This document shows, one piece after another, positions 1 to 10,290 of a stretch of 64,000 nucleotides of DNA. A program made the translations under genes and the position numbers. The stretch lies in the NCBI GenBank assembly GCA_033977065.1, contig JAXCHI010000003.1, positions 288,001 to 352,000 on the forward strand, in the 5' to 3' direction. This stretch comes from Candidatus Algichlamydia australiensis (GTDB lineage Bacteria > Chlamydiota > Chlamydiia > Chlamydiales > JAJFMI01). The notes below the pieces were generated by a model. It did not search any database. It saw nothing but the letters and a program-made list of their open reading frames with translations, and was not told the origin of the DNA. The stretch's first letter is position 1, and the number at the start of each line of letters is the position of its first letter.

Positions 1-2551
1 CACCCTCCTTATCGAAGGCTCTCTTCTTACCATCCAACTGATCATTCACAAAATACTGTAGAATATGAGGTCTACCATCTTGGAAATACTTGTTAAACTT
101 CCCATGCCGCTTGCCCAGCTCATACTCCGCTTCAAAGACGAGGATACCATCGGAGTTCCACTCCTGAACAAGACCATGCAACTTTCCTTCCTCATAAGGA
201 TAGACACTAGCTAAATTCCCATCAGGATTGTAAGTGCGCTCCTCGCCAACTTGCAGATCATTTTCAAAATAGCCCTCTTTATAAGTCTTGCCATTAGGAT
301 AAAACTGTTTGGAGGGTCCTTCGCGTTTACCAGCAACAACATTTGTGGAAAGAATGAGTTTGCCTGCTTTATCAAAAAGCTTGGCTACTCCCTCTTTTTG
401 CCCATTGACAAATGGCGTAATCGCCATCAAGGTTCCATCAGGCCCGTGCTCTTCTAAATCGCCATGAAGCTGGTTATTTTTATAAGTAGCAGAGAGTGCT
501 AGAACTTTGCCATGCGTCTCATTCTCAGGGAAATAAATTTTGTAGGGTCCTTCGCGACGATTCTCCTTAAATGAGAGAATAACTTCTCGTCCATCGCGCT
601 CTTTTCTAAAAAAGCGCCCTTCTAATTTCCCATTGGTGTAGTTTGCTTCTTCAAGAAGATCCCCCTTCTCATCCCAAAGAGCTTTCATTCCATTCAAGTC
701 TCCATGAATGTAAGAAATCGTAGACTGCAAGTGACCCGTATTAAAGTAAGTCTCTTGCACACCGTGGTACTTTCCCTCGTTATCATAGCGCATAACACGC
801 GAAGCGAGGGGCTTTCCCTTTTCTAAAAGCTGCTCGGGTGCAAAAAACTCGCGGTGCTCTCCCACAGGCTGTCCCTTAACAAAATTTCTTGAAGAACTTA
901 GAGAGCCATCTTCATAAAAACTTTTTACATCCCCAATTAAGGCACCCGCATCGTATTTCGCTTCTGTTTTTAAGAGGCCATTATCAAAATATTCTTTATA
1001 TGGTCCTTCTCGTTTACCATTATTAAAAGTAACTTTTTCCTTCAAATTTCCGTTGAAGTGGTAAGAGAGAAGCGCCCCTTCAGGTTCATCATTTTTATAC
1101 GTTGCATCAAAGAGAAGAACATTTTCATTAGAGAAGAGTTTATAAACGCCCTCACGCTTACCATTGGCAAAAGATCCAGTCATGGCAAGGGTGCCATTTT
1201 CAAACCACTCTTGATGTAAGCCATCTGGGTTGCCATTTTTATAATTCTTCTTACTCTTCATCTGGCCATTTGGGTACCACTCTGTTGCGAGGCCATGATT
1301 TCTGCCCTCCACCATCTCAAAGTGAAGCTCTTGTTGCCCCTCTTCAAACCAGCGCTCAAACGTGCCATGCTGTTTTTGGTTGCGGTAGAATCCAACTGCT
1401 TTTAGCTCACCCGAAGAGAAATATTCTCTCTGCTCACCTTCAAACTCCCCTACATCATAGCGCAAATCGGAAGCGAGTTTGCCATTATCATACCAACGTT
1501 TTACCTCTCCATGGAGTTTTCCATCCTTCATGAGATATTGAGCAGTTTTCACTCCCGCTTCATTGAACTCGACAATCGGCTCTTTTAGCTCGCCCCTCTT
1601 GTCGTAAATCGCAGTGAATGAGAGCTGTCCATTTTCATGTTTACGCCAGTGCTTGCCAACTGCTTTACCATTTTCAAATTTTCCACTACCCAAAAGCTTA
1701 CCATCTGGACCGTAAGTCAACTCTTTGCCACTTGGCTCTCCATTGACATAACTTAAACGATAGCTTTCTCGGCCATCCTCAAAATAGCGGACATGGGTAC
1801 CGACGGGTTTCCCATCTTTAAAGTCTTGCAATTCAGCAATTTTGCGCGAAGGATGGTAAAAAATTGTGGCCGACTCACTCCCTTCGCTATGCAGCTTACC
1901 ATTTACAAAGTTACGCTGTGATTTTAGAGCACCGTTCTCATGCCAAGCTAAAACTCTGCCATGCGGCTTGCCCTCAACGTAGGGAAGCACCTGGGCGCGA
2001 TCTCCATTCTCATAGTAAAGAGTTAAATCACCAGAAAGCAGACCATCAACATAATTGCCCTCGCGTGAAACCGCACCGTTCTCATAATAAACTACAATCT
2101 TTCCATGCGGCTTGCCCTCTTTGTAGCAGAGTTCTTGGCGTACATTTGCGCCAGGGAAATAACTTTTCATCGGGCCGTGCAAAATTCCCTCTTTCAAATG
2201 GGACATCTGCTTGACTTCGCCATTGGCATCAAACTCAACAAAAACACCGTGAGGCACAACGCGATCGTTCCACTGCGCAAAACCGGGACTCCCTTCAGCA
2301 ACTAAAGTCAAGTCACACTCTTCTGAAAGACGCCCATTCGCATGATAGCGCATTCTTTTAACTGCAACATCCTGACCATCTTCTAACTCAACGGTAAAAA
2401 CAAGAGTTTTGGGAGCGCCATTTGGATATTGCTCAACCACCTTTGGTCGCCATTCGGGTTGGCGAGACATCAGTTCTGTTGCAACGGGAAGAACCTCCTC
2501 CGCCTGAAGAGCAGCAAAGAGAAAGGCAAAAGCAAAAAATATTTTACGCAT
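1..2551 (-). CDS. MORN-variant repeat (YwqK-like) protein with N-terminal signal peptide; partial, runs off the window start
   Basis: Not in the ORF track because it has no stop in the window. ATG at 2551 gives MRKIFFAFAFLFAALQAEEVLP..., followed by many repeats of the type Y(Y/F)xNG...G..HG (e.g. WYPNGQMK, WFENGTL, YFDNGLLK, YFQDGRP). Confidence 0.85.
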   Translation of the reverse strand, partial: MRKIFFAFAFLFAALQAEEVLPVATELMSRQPEWRPKVVEQYPNGAPKTLVFTVELEDGQDVAVKRMRYHANGRLSEECDLTLVAEGSPGFAQWNDRVVPHGVFVEFDANGEVKQMSHLKEGILHGPMKSYFPGANVRQELCYKEGKPHGKIVVYYENGAVSREGNYVDGLLSGDLTLYYENGDRAQVLPYVEGKPHGRVLAWHENGALKSQRNFVNGKLHSEGSESATIFYHPSRKIAELQDFKDGKPVGTHVRYFEDGRESYRLSYVNGEPSGKELTYGPDGKLLGSGKFENGKAVGKHWRKHENGQLSFTAIYDKRGELKEPIVEFNEAGVKTAQYLMKDGKLHGEVKRWYDNGKLASDLRYDVGEFEGEQREYFSSGELKAVGFYRNQKQHGTFERWFEEGQQELHFEMVEGRNHGLATEWYPNGQMKSKKNYKNGNPDGLHQEWFENGTLAMTGSFANGKREGVYKLFSNENVLLFDATYKNDEPEGALLSYHFNGNLKEKVTFNNGKREGPYKEYFDNGLLKTEAKYDAGALIGDVKSFYEDGSLSSSRNFVKGQPVGEHREFFAPEQLLEKGKPLASRVMRYDNEGKYHGVQETYFNTGHLQSTISYIHGDLNGMKALWDEKGDLLEEANYTNGKLEGRFFRKERDGREVILSFKENRREGPYKIYFPENETHGKVLALSATYKNNQLHGDLEEHGPDGTLMAITPFVNGQKEGVAKLFDKAGKLILSTNVVAGKREGPSKQFYPNGKTYKEGYFENDLQVGEERTYNPDGNLASVYPYEEGKLHGLVQEWNSDGILVFEAEYELGKRHGKFNKYFQDGRPHILQYFVNDQLDGKKRAFDKEG

Positions 2552-2590
2552 GAAAAAACCTGATTTAAACTTCCCCCTAGAATAGGGCTT

Positions 2591-2974
2591 TTAGACTTTT
2601 TTTTGAAGAAGATCGTGAACTCGCACATCAGGACCAAATCCATTGCCCGCAAAGTTCAATATCTCTTCTTCATTTATCAGATTGAGGTGAGGAAAATTTT
2701 TTATAACTTTTTTTTGAATACCAGGTTCATCTGTTGATCGGATGAGCTGTAATCCCTCTCTTGTTTGAGTAAGAGAGAGGGTAATATCTGCTTGATAGCT
2801 GCGCGAAAGATTGCGCGCAAGTCGGATCTCTCTTTTCAAATTTGCAAGTTCACTATCTGCGCGATGCTTGGATAGAAGGGCTCCCGACTTGATGGCAAGA
2901 AACCCTCCCATCATCGCCATTAAAGCGATGCAGATCATCACTTCAATGAGGGTAAACGAATATTTGCGCTTCAC
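2591..2974 (-). CDS. Type II secretion minor pseudopilin (GspH/PulG-like)
   Basis: Prepilin N-methylation motif MKRKYS|FTLIEVMICIAL; directly downstream of gspG with a 4-nt overlap. Confidence 0.8.
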   Translation of the reverse strand: MKRKYSFTLIEVMICIALMAMMGGFLAIKSGALLSKHRADSELANLKREIRLARNLSRSYQADITLSLTQTREGLQLIRSTDEPGIQKKVIKNFPHLNLINEEEILNFAGNGFGPDVRVHDLLQKKV

Positions 2975-3375
2975 TGCTTCAGCGGCTGCATAAAGGATTC
3001 GAGTTCTATATTTTTCTTTCTAGCGTACTCATCGTACTTAGTTGAGTGCACGCGAATATCTTCGTTATTGCAGGTAATTTCATACTCGCTACCCCAACCA
3101 TCTCTCATGAGCTGATCTGCTTTCCGCACAAGTCCTGAGTTTTCAATAATTCTTACCACTTCATCTTTGTTACGAATTTGCTCCAGGGTGCAGTTCCCCT
3201 GCGCATACTCCATTGTGAGGATCTCATAGATCTGACGACTTCCCTGCGCGGATTTAAAGGCTTTGCCCTTTTCCATGGAGCCTTTCATATTGACACCCAA
3301 GACGCCGACGATGGTTGTGATGATAAAGATCACGATCATGATCTCCATTAGGGTCATTGCAAAACGTTTCTTCAT
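2971..3375 (-). CDS. gspG: Type II secretion major pseudopilin GspG-like
   Basis: MKKRFA|MTLMEIMIVIFII prepilin motif, C-terminal DGWGSEY (cf. GspG DPWGxxY), follows gspF. Confidence 0.8.
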   Translation of the reverse strand: MKKRFAMTLMEIMIVIFIITTIVGVLGVNMKGSMEKGKAFKSAQGSRQIYEILTMEYAQGNCTLEQIRNKDEVVRIIENSGLVRKADQLMRDGWGSEYEITCNNEDIRVHSTKYDEYARKKNIELESFMQPLKQ

Positions 3376-3384
3376 AAAAAATCC

Positions 3385-4569
3385 TTACATAAATGATTGC
3401 ATATCGGTTAGTGGGAGAAGAACAGCAAGCACGATCAAGCCGACAATCAGGCCCAAAAAGAGCATCATGACAGGCTGTAAAAGTGCGGTAAACCGCGCAA
3501 GATTCCTCTCTAAATTTTCTTCGTAAATTGCGGCGATGTTGCCAAGGGCTGCTGCTGAACTTCCCGTCTCTTCAGCAATAGCTAGCATGCGCGCTACAAG
3601 TGGTGGCATAAGTTTTGAGGAGCCCAGAGACTCTGAAATTTTCTTTCCCTCTACCATTTTACCTTCTGCCTCTTCGATCAACTCTTCAAAAAGCGGATGG
3701 CCCATCACTTTTCTCGAGAGCCTAAGCGCTTTAACCATTGAGACTCCATTTGTTAAAAGACTTGCCATAGCACGACAAAAGCGGATCAGCACAGCTTCTG
3801 TGATGATGGTGCTGACTACAGGTGTGCGAAGTAAAAAACTTTGTAATGAACGCTTATTTTCAGGGCGTTTCATTAAGAGACAAATCGAGACTACAGCTGT
3901 AGCTAAGAGAGTCCCTAGGATAAGCTTGTAAGCGCGTAAGAAGTGGGAAAGCCCTAAAATAAATGCTGTCAGGGGGTGCAATTGGCGGTCTTCAAAAAGC
4001 TGCTCCAAAGAAGGAATTAAAAAGAAGAGCAGTGCAGAGAGGACAAGCAGACAGAAAGAGCCCAAAAATGCGGGGTAGAACATGGCAGATCCAATCTGTT
4101 TTTTAAGTTTCTGCTGACGTGTAAGAAAGCTTGAAAGCTCTTCAAAAACATTTTCAATTGCACCCGATTCTTCCGCTGCCGCGACCATGGAAACATAGAG
4201 AGAAGAAAAACTTTTTTTATATTTTTCCATGGCAGTTGAAAGGGAACTTCCCTGTTTGACTTGATCAGCTAAGTCAAGTAAGACTCCATGACACTTTTGG
4301 CCGCGGTACTTCTCTTCAACGGTAGCTAGGCTCTCATAAAGAGGAAGTCCTGCGCGTAAAAGACCACACATATCGCGTGTGAAATCAAGAAGTTGCGCAG
4401 GTTTTAGATGGTGGCTTTTTTTCTGCACACGCTCATACTGCGAGAGCTTTGTGACAAGAATTTTCTGCTTAAGCAGTCTCTCTTTAGCACTACCCAAACT
4501 ATCAGCATCAATGATTCCTTTGATTTTCTTGCCACTCGAAGCTAAGGCTGTGTATTGATAAAGAGACAT
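3385..4569 (-). CDS. gspF: Type II secretion inner-membrane platform protein GspF
   Basis: YQYTAL...G.IDADS N-terminus, duplicated T2SSF domains (AAEESG, AEETG), YPAF and LQPVMML membrane anchors. Confidence 0.95.
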   Translation of the reverse strand: MSLYQYTALASSGKKIKGIIDADSLGSAKERLLKQKILVTKLSQYERVQKKSHHLKPAQLLDFTRDMCGLLRAGLPLYESLATVEEKYRGQKCHGVLLDLADQVKQGSSLSTAMEKYKKSFSSLYVSMVAAAEESGAIENVFEELSSFLTRQQKLKKQIGSAMFYPAFLGSFCLLVLSALLFFLIPSLEQLFEDRQLHPLTAFILGLSHFLRAYKLILGTLLATAVVSICLLMKRPENKRSLQSFLLRTPVVSTIITEAVLIRFCRAMASLLTNGVSMVKALRLSRKVMGHPLFEELIEEAEGKMVEGKKISESLGSSKLMPPLVARMLAIAEETGSSAAALGNIAAIYEENLERNLARFTALLQPVMMLFLGLIVGLIVLAVLLPLTDMQSFM

Positions 4570-6143
4570 TAGTCGACCTCTATGCCTCGGGTGACACGCA
4601 ACACTTCTGCAATAGAGGTTACGCCCTCTTCAATAAGTTTAATACCTGACTCACGTAGCGTTGCCATGCCGCCTTCGCGAGCAACGCGCATCAAATCACT
4701 GCTATCAGCGGAGTGCATCATCTGTTTTTTAATCGCCCCTGTTAGGTGCATCAGCTCAAAAATACCGCGCCTGCCCTTATAGCCAGAGTGGAAACACTCG
4801 TTGCAACCGCGCGGTTTATAGACCATTTTACCGTCGATGGGGCAGTGTAGATCTGCCAACTCTTCTTTTGAAGGGAAGTAGCTCTCCTTACAAAAAGGAC
4901 AGAGCGTGCGTACCAATCGCTGCGCGAGCACTCCCAAAATTGAGGAGGAGAGAAGGTAGGGCTCTATTCCCATATCGATCATCCGTGTGAGTGCTGACGG
5001 CGCATCATTTGTATGCAAAGTGCTTAAAACAAGATGACCTGTAAGTGAAGATTGAATCGCAATTTCTGCTGTCTCTTTATCGCGAATCTCCCCAATCATG
5101 ATGATGTCGGGATCTTGGCGCAAAATATGTCTAAGACCGCGTGCAAAACTGAGAGAAATTTTATGATTGACTCCGATCTGTGCCATACCGGGAAGTTTGA
5201 ATTCAACCGGGTCTTCAATGGTCATGATGTTCACATCTTCTGAGTTTACATCAGAGAGTGCGCTGTAGAGTGTGGTGGTCTTACCACTCCCCGTAGGTCC
5301 TGTAACTAAAACAATTCCTTGGCTTTGACGAGTTAAGCGCTGAAAATTTTTCACAAAAGTTTCGGGCATCTGGATTTTATCCAAGCCAAGAACAATATTG
5401 CCCTTATCCAGAATTCGCAATACAACACGCTCACCATAGACGATTGGCACAGTTGAGACACGAAAATCAATTTCACGTCCCGCCATATGCAGTTTGATCC
5501 GTCCATCTTGTGGCAAGCGATGTTCTGCAATATCTAGCTTGGCCATCACTTTTATGCGTGTGATGAGCTGTCCCTGCAAATCGCGCGGGGGTGTATGGCG
5601 CTTTTGCAGCACCCCGTCAATACGGTAGCGCACAACAAGTCCCTTTTCCTGGGGTTCAAAATGAATGTCTGAAGCGCCTTGCTTGATTGCTTCTGTGAGC
5701 ATCATGTTGAGCATGCGAATAACAGGCGAGGCGGTATCACTTGCAAGAAGGTCATACTCTTCATCAGACTCATCTAGCTTCTCATCTTCTTGCAGGGTTG
5801 CAAGATAGGCAGAGGCCTCTCCTTCACCTTGGTGATAGCATTGTTCAATAGCAGAGATAAGAAGCTCTTCTTCGCAAAAAACTTCTTCGATAGGACCGCC
5901 AATAAGCAGGCGTGCCTGCTCAAGAATAGCAAAATCGAGAGGTGAAGCAAATGCAACCTGGACAACACCCTCTTTTTCCGAAAGCGCCAAGGCAAGTTTT
6001 TCCTTTGCAAAGGCGTAGGGCAAGAGCCGATTTTGCTCTTTTACAAAAGGAGCATTCTGGGGGCAGGCGATCGTGGTGATGCCAAATTTTTCGGCAAGTT
6101 CGCTACTGTCGGTAGATGGGGGAAGCATTGCACGGGTCTCCAT
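4569..6143 (-). CDS. gspE: Type II secretion ATPase GspE
   Basis: ASDIHFEP, RLPQDGRI, Walker A GPTGSGKTT, TIEDPVE, LRQDPD, GHLVLSTLHTN, CPFC/CNEC zinc motif. Start is uncertain (6209, 6143 or 6128). Confidence 0.96.
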   Translation of the reverse strand: METRAMLPPSTDSSELAEKFGITTIACPQNAPFVKEQNRLLPYAFAKEKLALALSEKEGVVQVAFASPLDFAILEQARLLIGGPIEEVFCEEELLISAIEQCYHQGEGEASAYLATLQEDEKLDESDEEYDLLASDTASPVIRMLNMMLTEAIKQGASDIHFEPQEKGLVVRYRIDGVLQKRHTPPRDLQGQLITRIKVMAKLDIAEHRLPQDGRIKLHMAGREIDFRVSTVPIVYGERVVLRILDKGNIVLGLDKIQMPETFVKNFQRLTRQSQGIVLVTGPTGSGKTTTLYSALSDVNSEDVNIMTIEDPVEFKLPGMAQIGVNHKISLSFARGLRHILRQDPDIIMIGEIRDKETAEIAIQSSLTGHLVLSTLHTNDAPSALTRMIDMGIEPYLLSSSILGVLAQRLVRTLCPFCKESYFPSKEELADLHCPIDGKMVYKPRGCNECFHSGYKGRRGIFELMHLTGAIKKQMMHSADSSDLMRVAREGGMATLRESGIKLIEEGVTSIAEVLRVTRGIEVD

Positions 6144-8496
6144 TTTTTCCAAAGAAGAGGTTCCAGCTTTTTTGAAATACTCTCTGCTTTTTGCATGCGC
6201 GTGACTCACAAAGACGATCGAGATATTCTGGAATATCTCCGGCGCGCTTCATCAACTCCACTTCACGAACAGCCACAACATCACCACGTGGATCTATAAT
6301 GATTTTTGGAGTGATGAAAAGGAACATCTCCACTTCATCATCATCTGTTTTGACAGAACCAAAGAGCTTGGCAATACCAGGAATTTCACCTAAGAAAGGG
6401 ATTTTTTCCGACTTTTCATTTGTCTGTTTACGGCGCAATCCCCCTAAAATAATTGTCTCACCATCCACAACACGAACATTGTTTTCTATATGGCGACGGA
6501 TCACATCAGGGCGATCGTCCTCATCGCTCATAATGTTGTCAAAATCAATATTCGTTTCTACAGTAATGTACCAATCCTCTTCTCCCATCTCCGGGTCGGG
6601 CTCATGAACCGTGGGCGTCACGACAATTGTCGTTCCAAATTGCGCACGTGAAAACGATTTTTCAAACGTGACTTGTCCATCAGCTGTATTGAGCGGTGCC
6701 GCTCCATTATTAATGGAGATCTCATCAACAATGGAAATTTTGGCAGGTGTCTGGTTGATGGTCGTGACCGTGGGGGCAGAGTTTAAGTGAATGTTTTCTT
6801 GATTCAGCAAGAAGCTGTAGGCCAAGTCGTATGCAGGAAAACTACTCGACTTAGTTCTAGAAAAGAAAAAGTCTAAAAGCCCGGGAACAGAGGCGGCTGG
6901 AGTTGTGTCAAAGGTGAGGCCTTCGCGATGTGTTTGCGAAGCAGCATCACCCAATTTCAAAATATTGAGTCCCGCACGCTCACGATCTTTTAAGCGTCTT
7001 TCAAAAAGAAGCACCTCAATCTGCACCATCTTTTTTGGCACATCTAACTTTTTAACCAAACGCTTGAGTTGTGGCAGCGTATCTTTGCGCACAACCATCA
7101 TAATCGCTCCTGTCTTCTCGTAGGGAATAAAGTGAGTCGTTGTACTCTTTTTCTCTTGTGATTCGATCGACCCTGCTTGCACTACTGGAGGTTGTACCAT
7201 GGGAGGACACGGTGGGGGACCATAAGTTGGTAACTCTTGTGGCATCGGCGGATACTGCGGCTGATTGCAAACTTGTGTACCTTGATTGGGAGGCTCGGTT
7301 TGATCAACCTCATTCCCTTCTAATTTCGCACAAATAAGAGAGGCGTAAACTTTTTCCAATACATCAGATAGTGTCGTTGGATCACTGTGGCGGCAATTGT
7401 ACCAATAAACTGTCATCTCACAGGGATCATCGAGTTGCTCATCCGTTTCGCGAATCACTCTTTCTGCCGCTTCAACAGTCTCTCGCATTCCAACAAGAGC
7501 GATCGCATTTTCATGGGCAAGTGAGACAATCGTAATTCCTTCTCCAGAACCCTTTGCCAAGGTCAATCTCGACCCTCCACGTGCTGCTTCTGCACTAAAG
7601 TAGGCTTTTAAAATTTTCTCCATCTCTTTAGAGCTAATGCGAGTGAAGGGAACAACGCGCGTTACTTTTGTATTCTCTTCATCGTAGACCGCATCATGCA
7701 GAGCAAGAAGTTTGGAAATGTCTTCTTTAGGGGCGATAAGCGCAATCTTTTGGGAGACTTGGTAGATAAACGTCCGCTTCGGATCTCGGAATCTATCAAA
7801 AAAGTTGGCTACTCCGCGTACGCGATCGGGAGAGGGTGAGAAAATATAAACAATGCGCTCACCATCAGCTGCACGATCGAGATGTTCCGGCTTTGTGGCG
7901 ATCAGTGATGTGGTAATTAAATTTTGGCGCATTACATAGAGTTGACGCGCATAATTATTTATTTTTTTTACCCCAACACCGTTCTGTTGCAAAATCACTT
8001 CAAGCAGCTGCCCCCAAGATTCACGTGGAATAGGAACAGCGGAGTGCATGTTGATCTTCATTGAGGACATTTCAGGGGGAATCAAATAGAGATAGTCACT
8101 TGAGCCGTACTCCATCACAAGGGCTGAGAGAGTCGTCTCATCTTGATCCCAAAGAGCGTAACCCTCATCACCAAAACGCCCCTCTTCTTGTGAGGAGTCA
8201 AGCCATTGATTTTCTAGTTGATCAATCTCAAAGCGAATTTGTTTGACATCGTGAAGAAGATCTTTGAATTCTGTTTCATCAGCCTCCTCTTCATGAAGAC
8301 GTTTGATCTCCCTATAGTAATCTGAGAGCTCATGACGAAGAGTGCGCAGCTCCTCATTCACTTTGCCAAGTGAGGTCTCTTCGCGACTCTCACCCGTTGT
8401 CAGAGAGCGGCGCTTTTCCGCAATTGTCTGTGCGCTTAAAGAGCAGCAAAGCAAAATGGTAGCGTTAAAAATCCAATTCTTCATCATCGTCATCAA
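6103..8496 (-). CDS. gspD: Type II secretion secretin GspD
   Basis: Signal peptide, N-domains, LDVPKKMVQIEV, secretin C-terminus GETIILGGL...KIPFLGEIPGIAKLF...FITPKII. Start may be 8484. Confidence 0.93.
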   Translation of the reverse strand: MMTMMKNWIFNATILLCCSLSAQTIAEKRRSLTTGESREETSLGKVNEELRTLRHELSDYYREIKRLHEEEADETEFKDLLHDVKQIRFEIDQLENQWLDSSQEEGRFGDEGYALWDQDETTLSALVMEYGSSDYLYLIPPEMSSMKINMHSAVPIPRESWGQLLEVILQQNGVGVKKINNYARQLYVMRQNLITTSLIATKPEHLDRAADGERIVYIFSPSPDRVRGVANFFDRFRDPKRTFIYQVSQKIALIAPKEDISKLLALHDAVYDEENTKVTRVVPFTRISSKEMEKILKAYFSAEAARGGSRLTLAKGSGEGITIVSLAHENAIALVGMRETVEAAERVIRETDEQLDDPCEMTVYWYNCRHSDPTTLSDVLEKVYASLICAKLEGNEVDQTEPPNQGTQVCNQPQYPPMPQELPTYGPPPCPPMVQPPVVQAGSIESQEKKSTTTHFIPYEKTGAIMMVVRKDTLPQLKRLVKKLDVPKKMVQIEVLLFERRLKDRERAGLNILKLGDAASQTHREGLTFDTTPAASVPGLLDFFFSRTKSSSFPAYDLAYSFLLNQENIHLNSAPTVTTINQTPAKISIVDEISINNGAAPLNTADGQVTFEKSFSRAQFGTTIVVTPTVHEPDPEMGEEDWYITVETNIDFDNIMSDEDDRPDVIRRHIENNVRVVDGETIILGGLRRKQTNEKSEKIPFLGEIPGIAKLFGSVKTDDDEVEMFLFITPKIIIDPRGDVVAVREVELMKRAGDIPEYLDRLCESRACKKQRVFQKSWNLFFGKNGDPCNASPIYRQ

Positions 8497-9763
8497 AATC
8501 CTCCTTTTCAGAAGGTGAATAAGTTGGCCTACGAGAAGAGGCCTTTTTCTTTACTCTCTTCTCTTTGACTGTAAGTGGGAGGCGAATCGTCTCCGACCTC
8601 TCTCGCATTGCATCAAAATAGTGACCACTAAAAAACTGTGCCCCGCCACTTTTTACAATGCCATCAAATACAAAGAGCTCGCCTCGTCTTTCAAAACAGA
8701 GCAGCTCTTCCACCTCTTCCCAGTCTTCAAGCCGCCTCCACTGATTCTCTACCTTCAGGAGCCAGTCGCCTCTTTTCAAGTGGCTGCTTTCTCCCGCAAT
8801 TTTCAATGAGACAGTTGTTGCCGTGCGGGGTCGGATCCCAGTAAAGAGCTCGCCGGCTCGAAAAGAGGAAGTACGCTTAGGCTTTCTTTGAATTGTAATC
8901 CTACGTTTCAAAAGCCCTTTCTCATCGGAAATTTCAGCGTCAACCCTTTCAGGTGAGGTAGTTAAGATTTTAGCAAGAAAGTGGTTTTTCGTCTCCCCAC
9001 TTGCAAGCTTCCACTCTTTCTCATCAAAAAAGAGTAGATCTCCTTTTTGCACAAAGAGGATTCCTTCATCAAAGAGAAGCCTTGCTGAGCCTGCCTCTTT
9101 GGCATACTCCTCTCCGCCATAAAGAACAAAAAGTTGATCAGGGCCCAAAAGTCTAGCGCTTTCCATTGCTACAAAAGGTTTTCCAAAAATCCCTTCGCCC
9201 AAAAATCGCGCTGTCTCTTCCTGATCAGCTTGCGCGGCAACGAACCTAGACACCTCATTCACAGCCGCTTGCGCAGATGAATCGATAAATAGCTCTGCAT
9301 CAAATTCTAGTTTTTCTCCGATCAAAGTTGGGGTAATTGAAAAAGGCGTTTTAGATTTTGAAAAGCGCAACTCTCCCCCTTTTCCATAAGTCAAATAGTG
9401 TTTTTCACCCGATTGGCTCTCTCTTTTTTCAAAAGACCCTCTCAACCCAAATAAAAATCGTTTGGATTGGGGATTAGACGAAACTAAGAGCACCTCTTTA
9501 TCGAATTTGGGTAGCGATAAGCCTGCAAAGTTTGACTCAATGGCTAATGCTCCTGTGCCAATTTGCTCATAATCAAAACTTTTCTTCTTCCCAACAATCC
9601 GGTTAGATACAAAGCTGTGAACTTCAGCATTATTTTGATAAACAAAATAAAAAAGAACTAAGGGAGAAAAAAAAGTTAGAGCGATCAAGGAAAGGCAAGC
9701 GAGATCGACCCATTTTGTAAGTCGAATAAGAGGAAGACCTTGGAGTATCATAGATAAATACAA
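8465..9763 (-). CDS. Conserved chlamydial membrane-anchored protein upstream of gspD (possible GspC-like component)
   Basis: 432-aa ORF with a single N-terminal TM helix, overlapping the gspD start. Function is inferred from position only. Confidence 0.6.
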   Translation of the reverse strand: MYLSMILQGLPLIRLTKWVDLACLSLIALTFFSPLVLFYFVYQNNAEVHSFVSNRIVGKKKSFDYEQIGTGALAIESNFAGLSLPKFDKEVLLVSSNPQSKRFLFGLRGSFEKRESQSGEKHYLTYGKGGELRFSKSKTPFSITPTLIGEKLEFDAELFIDSSAQAAVNEVSRFVAAQADQEETARFLGEGIFGKPFVAMESARLLGPDQLFVLYGGEEYAKEAGSARLLFDEGILFVQKGDLLFFDEKEWKLASGETKNHFLAKILTTSPERVDAEISDEKGLLKRRITIQRKPKRTSSFRAGELFTGIRPRTATTVSLKIAGESSHLKRGDWLLKVENQWRRLEDWEEVEELLCFERRGELFVFDGIVKSGGAQFFSGHYFDAMRERSETIRLPLTVKEKRVKKKASSRRPTYSPSEKEDFDDDDEELDF

Positions 9764-9809
9764 TATTAAGACATGGTGAATAAAAACCCAAGGGCTCTCT
9801 TTGAGTCAA

Positions 9810-9838
9810 TTGCAAAATAAATTATTAGTATATATATT
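9810..9838 (+). promoter_or_regulatory. Putative sigma66/sigma70 promoter
   Basis: TTGCAA-N17-TATATT upstream of the ORF at 9877. Confidence 0.45.
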
Positions 9839-9876
9839 AAGAATATTGGAAGGATTGACTTATTCAGTTCTTCCTA

Positions 9877-10290
9877 ATGGAGGAATTAATTATGAAAGAA
9901 GGCGTATCTATTCAAGAAATAGAAAACTTCACTAAAAAGTATCGTTTTCAGCTTTTCTTTTCCGTAGCCTTCATTTTGTCATGTCTCTTTTCGTATATCT
10001 TCTTTGGGACAGGATGGAGTGTTTTTATGGGAGCTTTAGGTGGAATCGTAGGTGTAGTTTTCCCTGGAATCGTGGATAAAGTGATGGGCAGTGCCTTTCG
10101 TTTTGTTGGAAAGCAAGAGAAAGTGACACAGATGGTACTAGCAGTTGTAGGACTTGTGCTAGCGGTATTTGTTCCGTTTTTCTACTTCATTCTACTAGGT
10201 GGAATGGGTGGAATTGCGATTGCACACCACTACTCAAAAGCATTTGCTGATAGCGGAAGCAACAACCAGCAGCAGCCACCTACTGCTTAA
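9877..10290 (+). CDS. Small multi-pass membrane protein
   Basis: Several hydrophobic helices. GGAGG lies before ATG 9892, which is a likely alternative start. Confidence 0.75.
   Translation: MEELIMKEGVSIQEIENFTKKYRFQLFFSVAFILSCLFSYIFFGTGWSVFMGALGGIVGVVFPGIVDKVMGSAFRFVGKQEKVTQMVLAVVGLVLAVFVPFFYFILLGGMGGIAIAHHYSKAFADSGSNNQQQPPTA

Noticed and set aside
251..2305. Short plus-strand ORFs in the track, and similar antisense ORFs across the window
   Set aside because: They are shadows of long opposite-strand genes and show no recognisable motifs.
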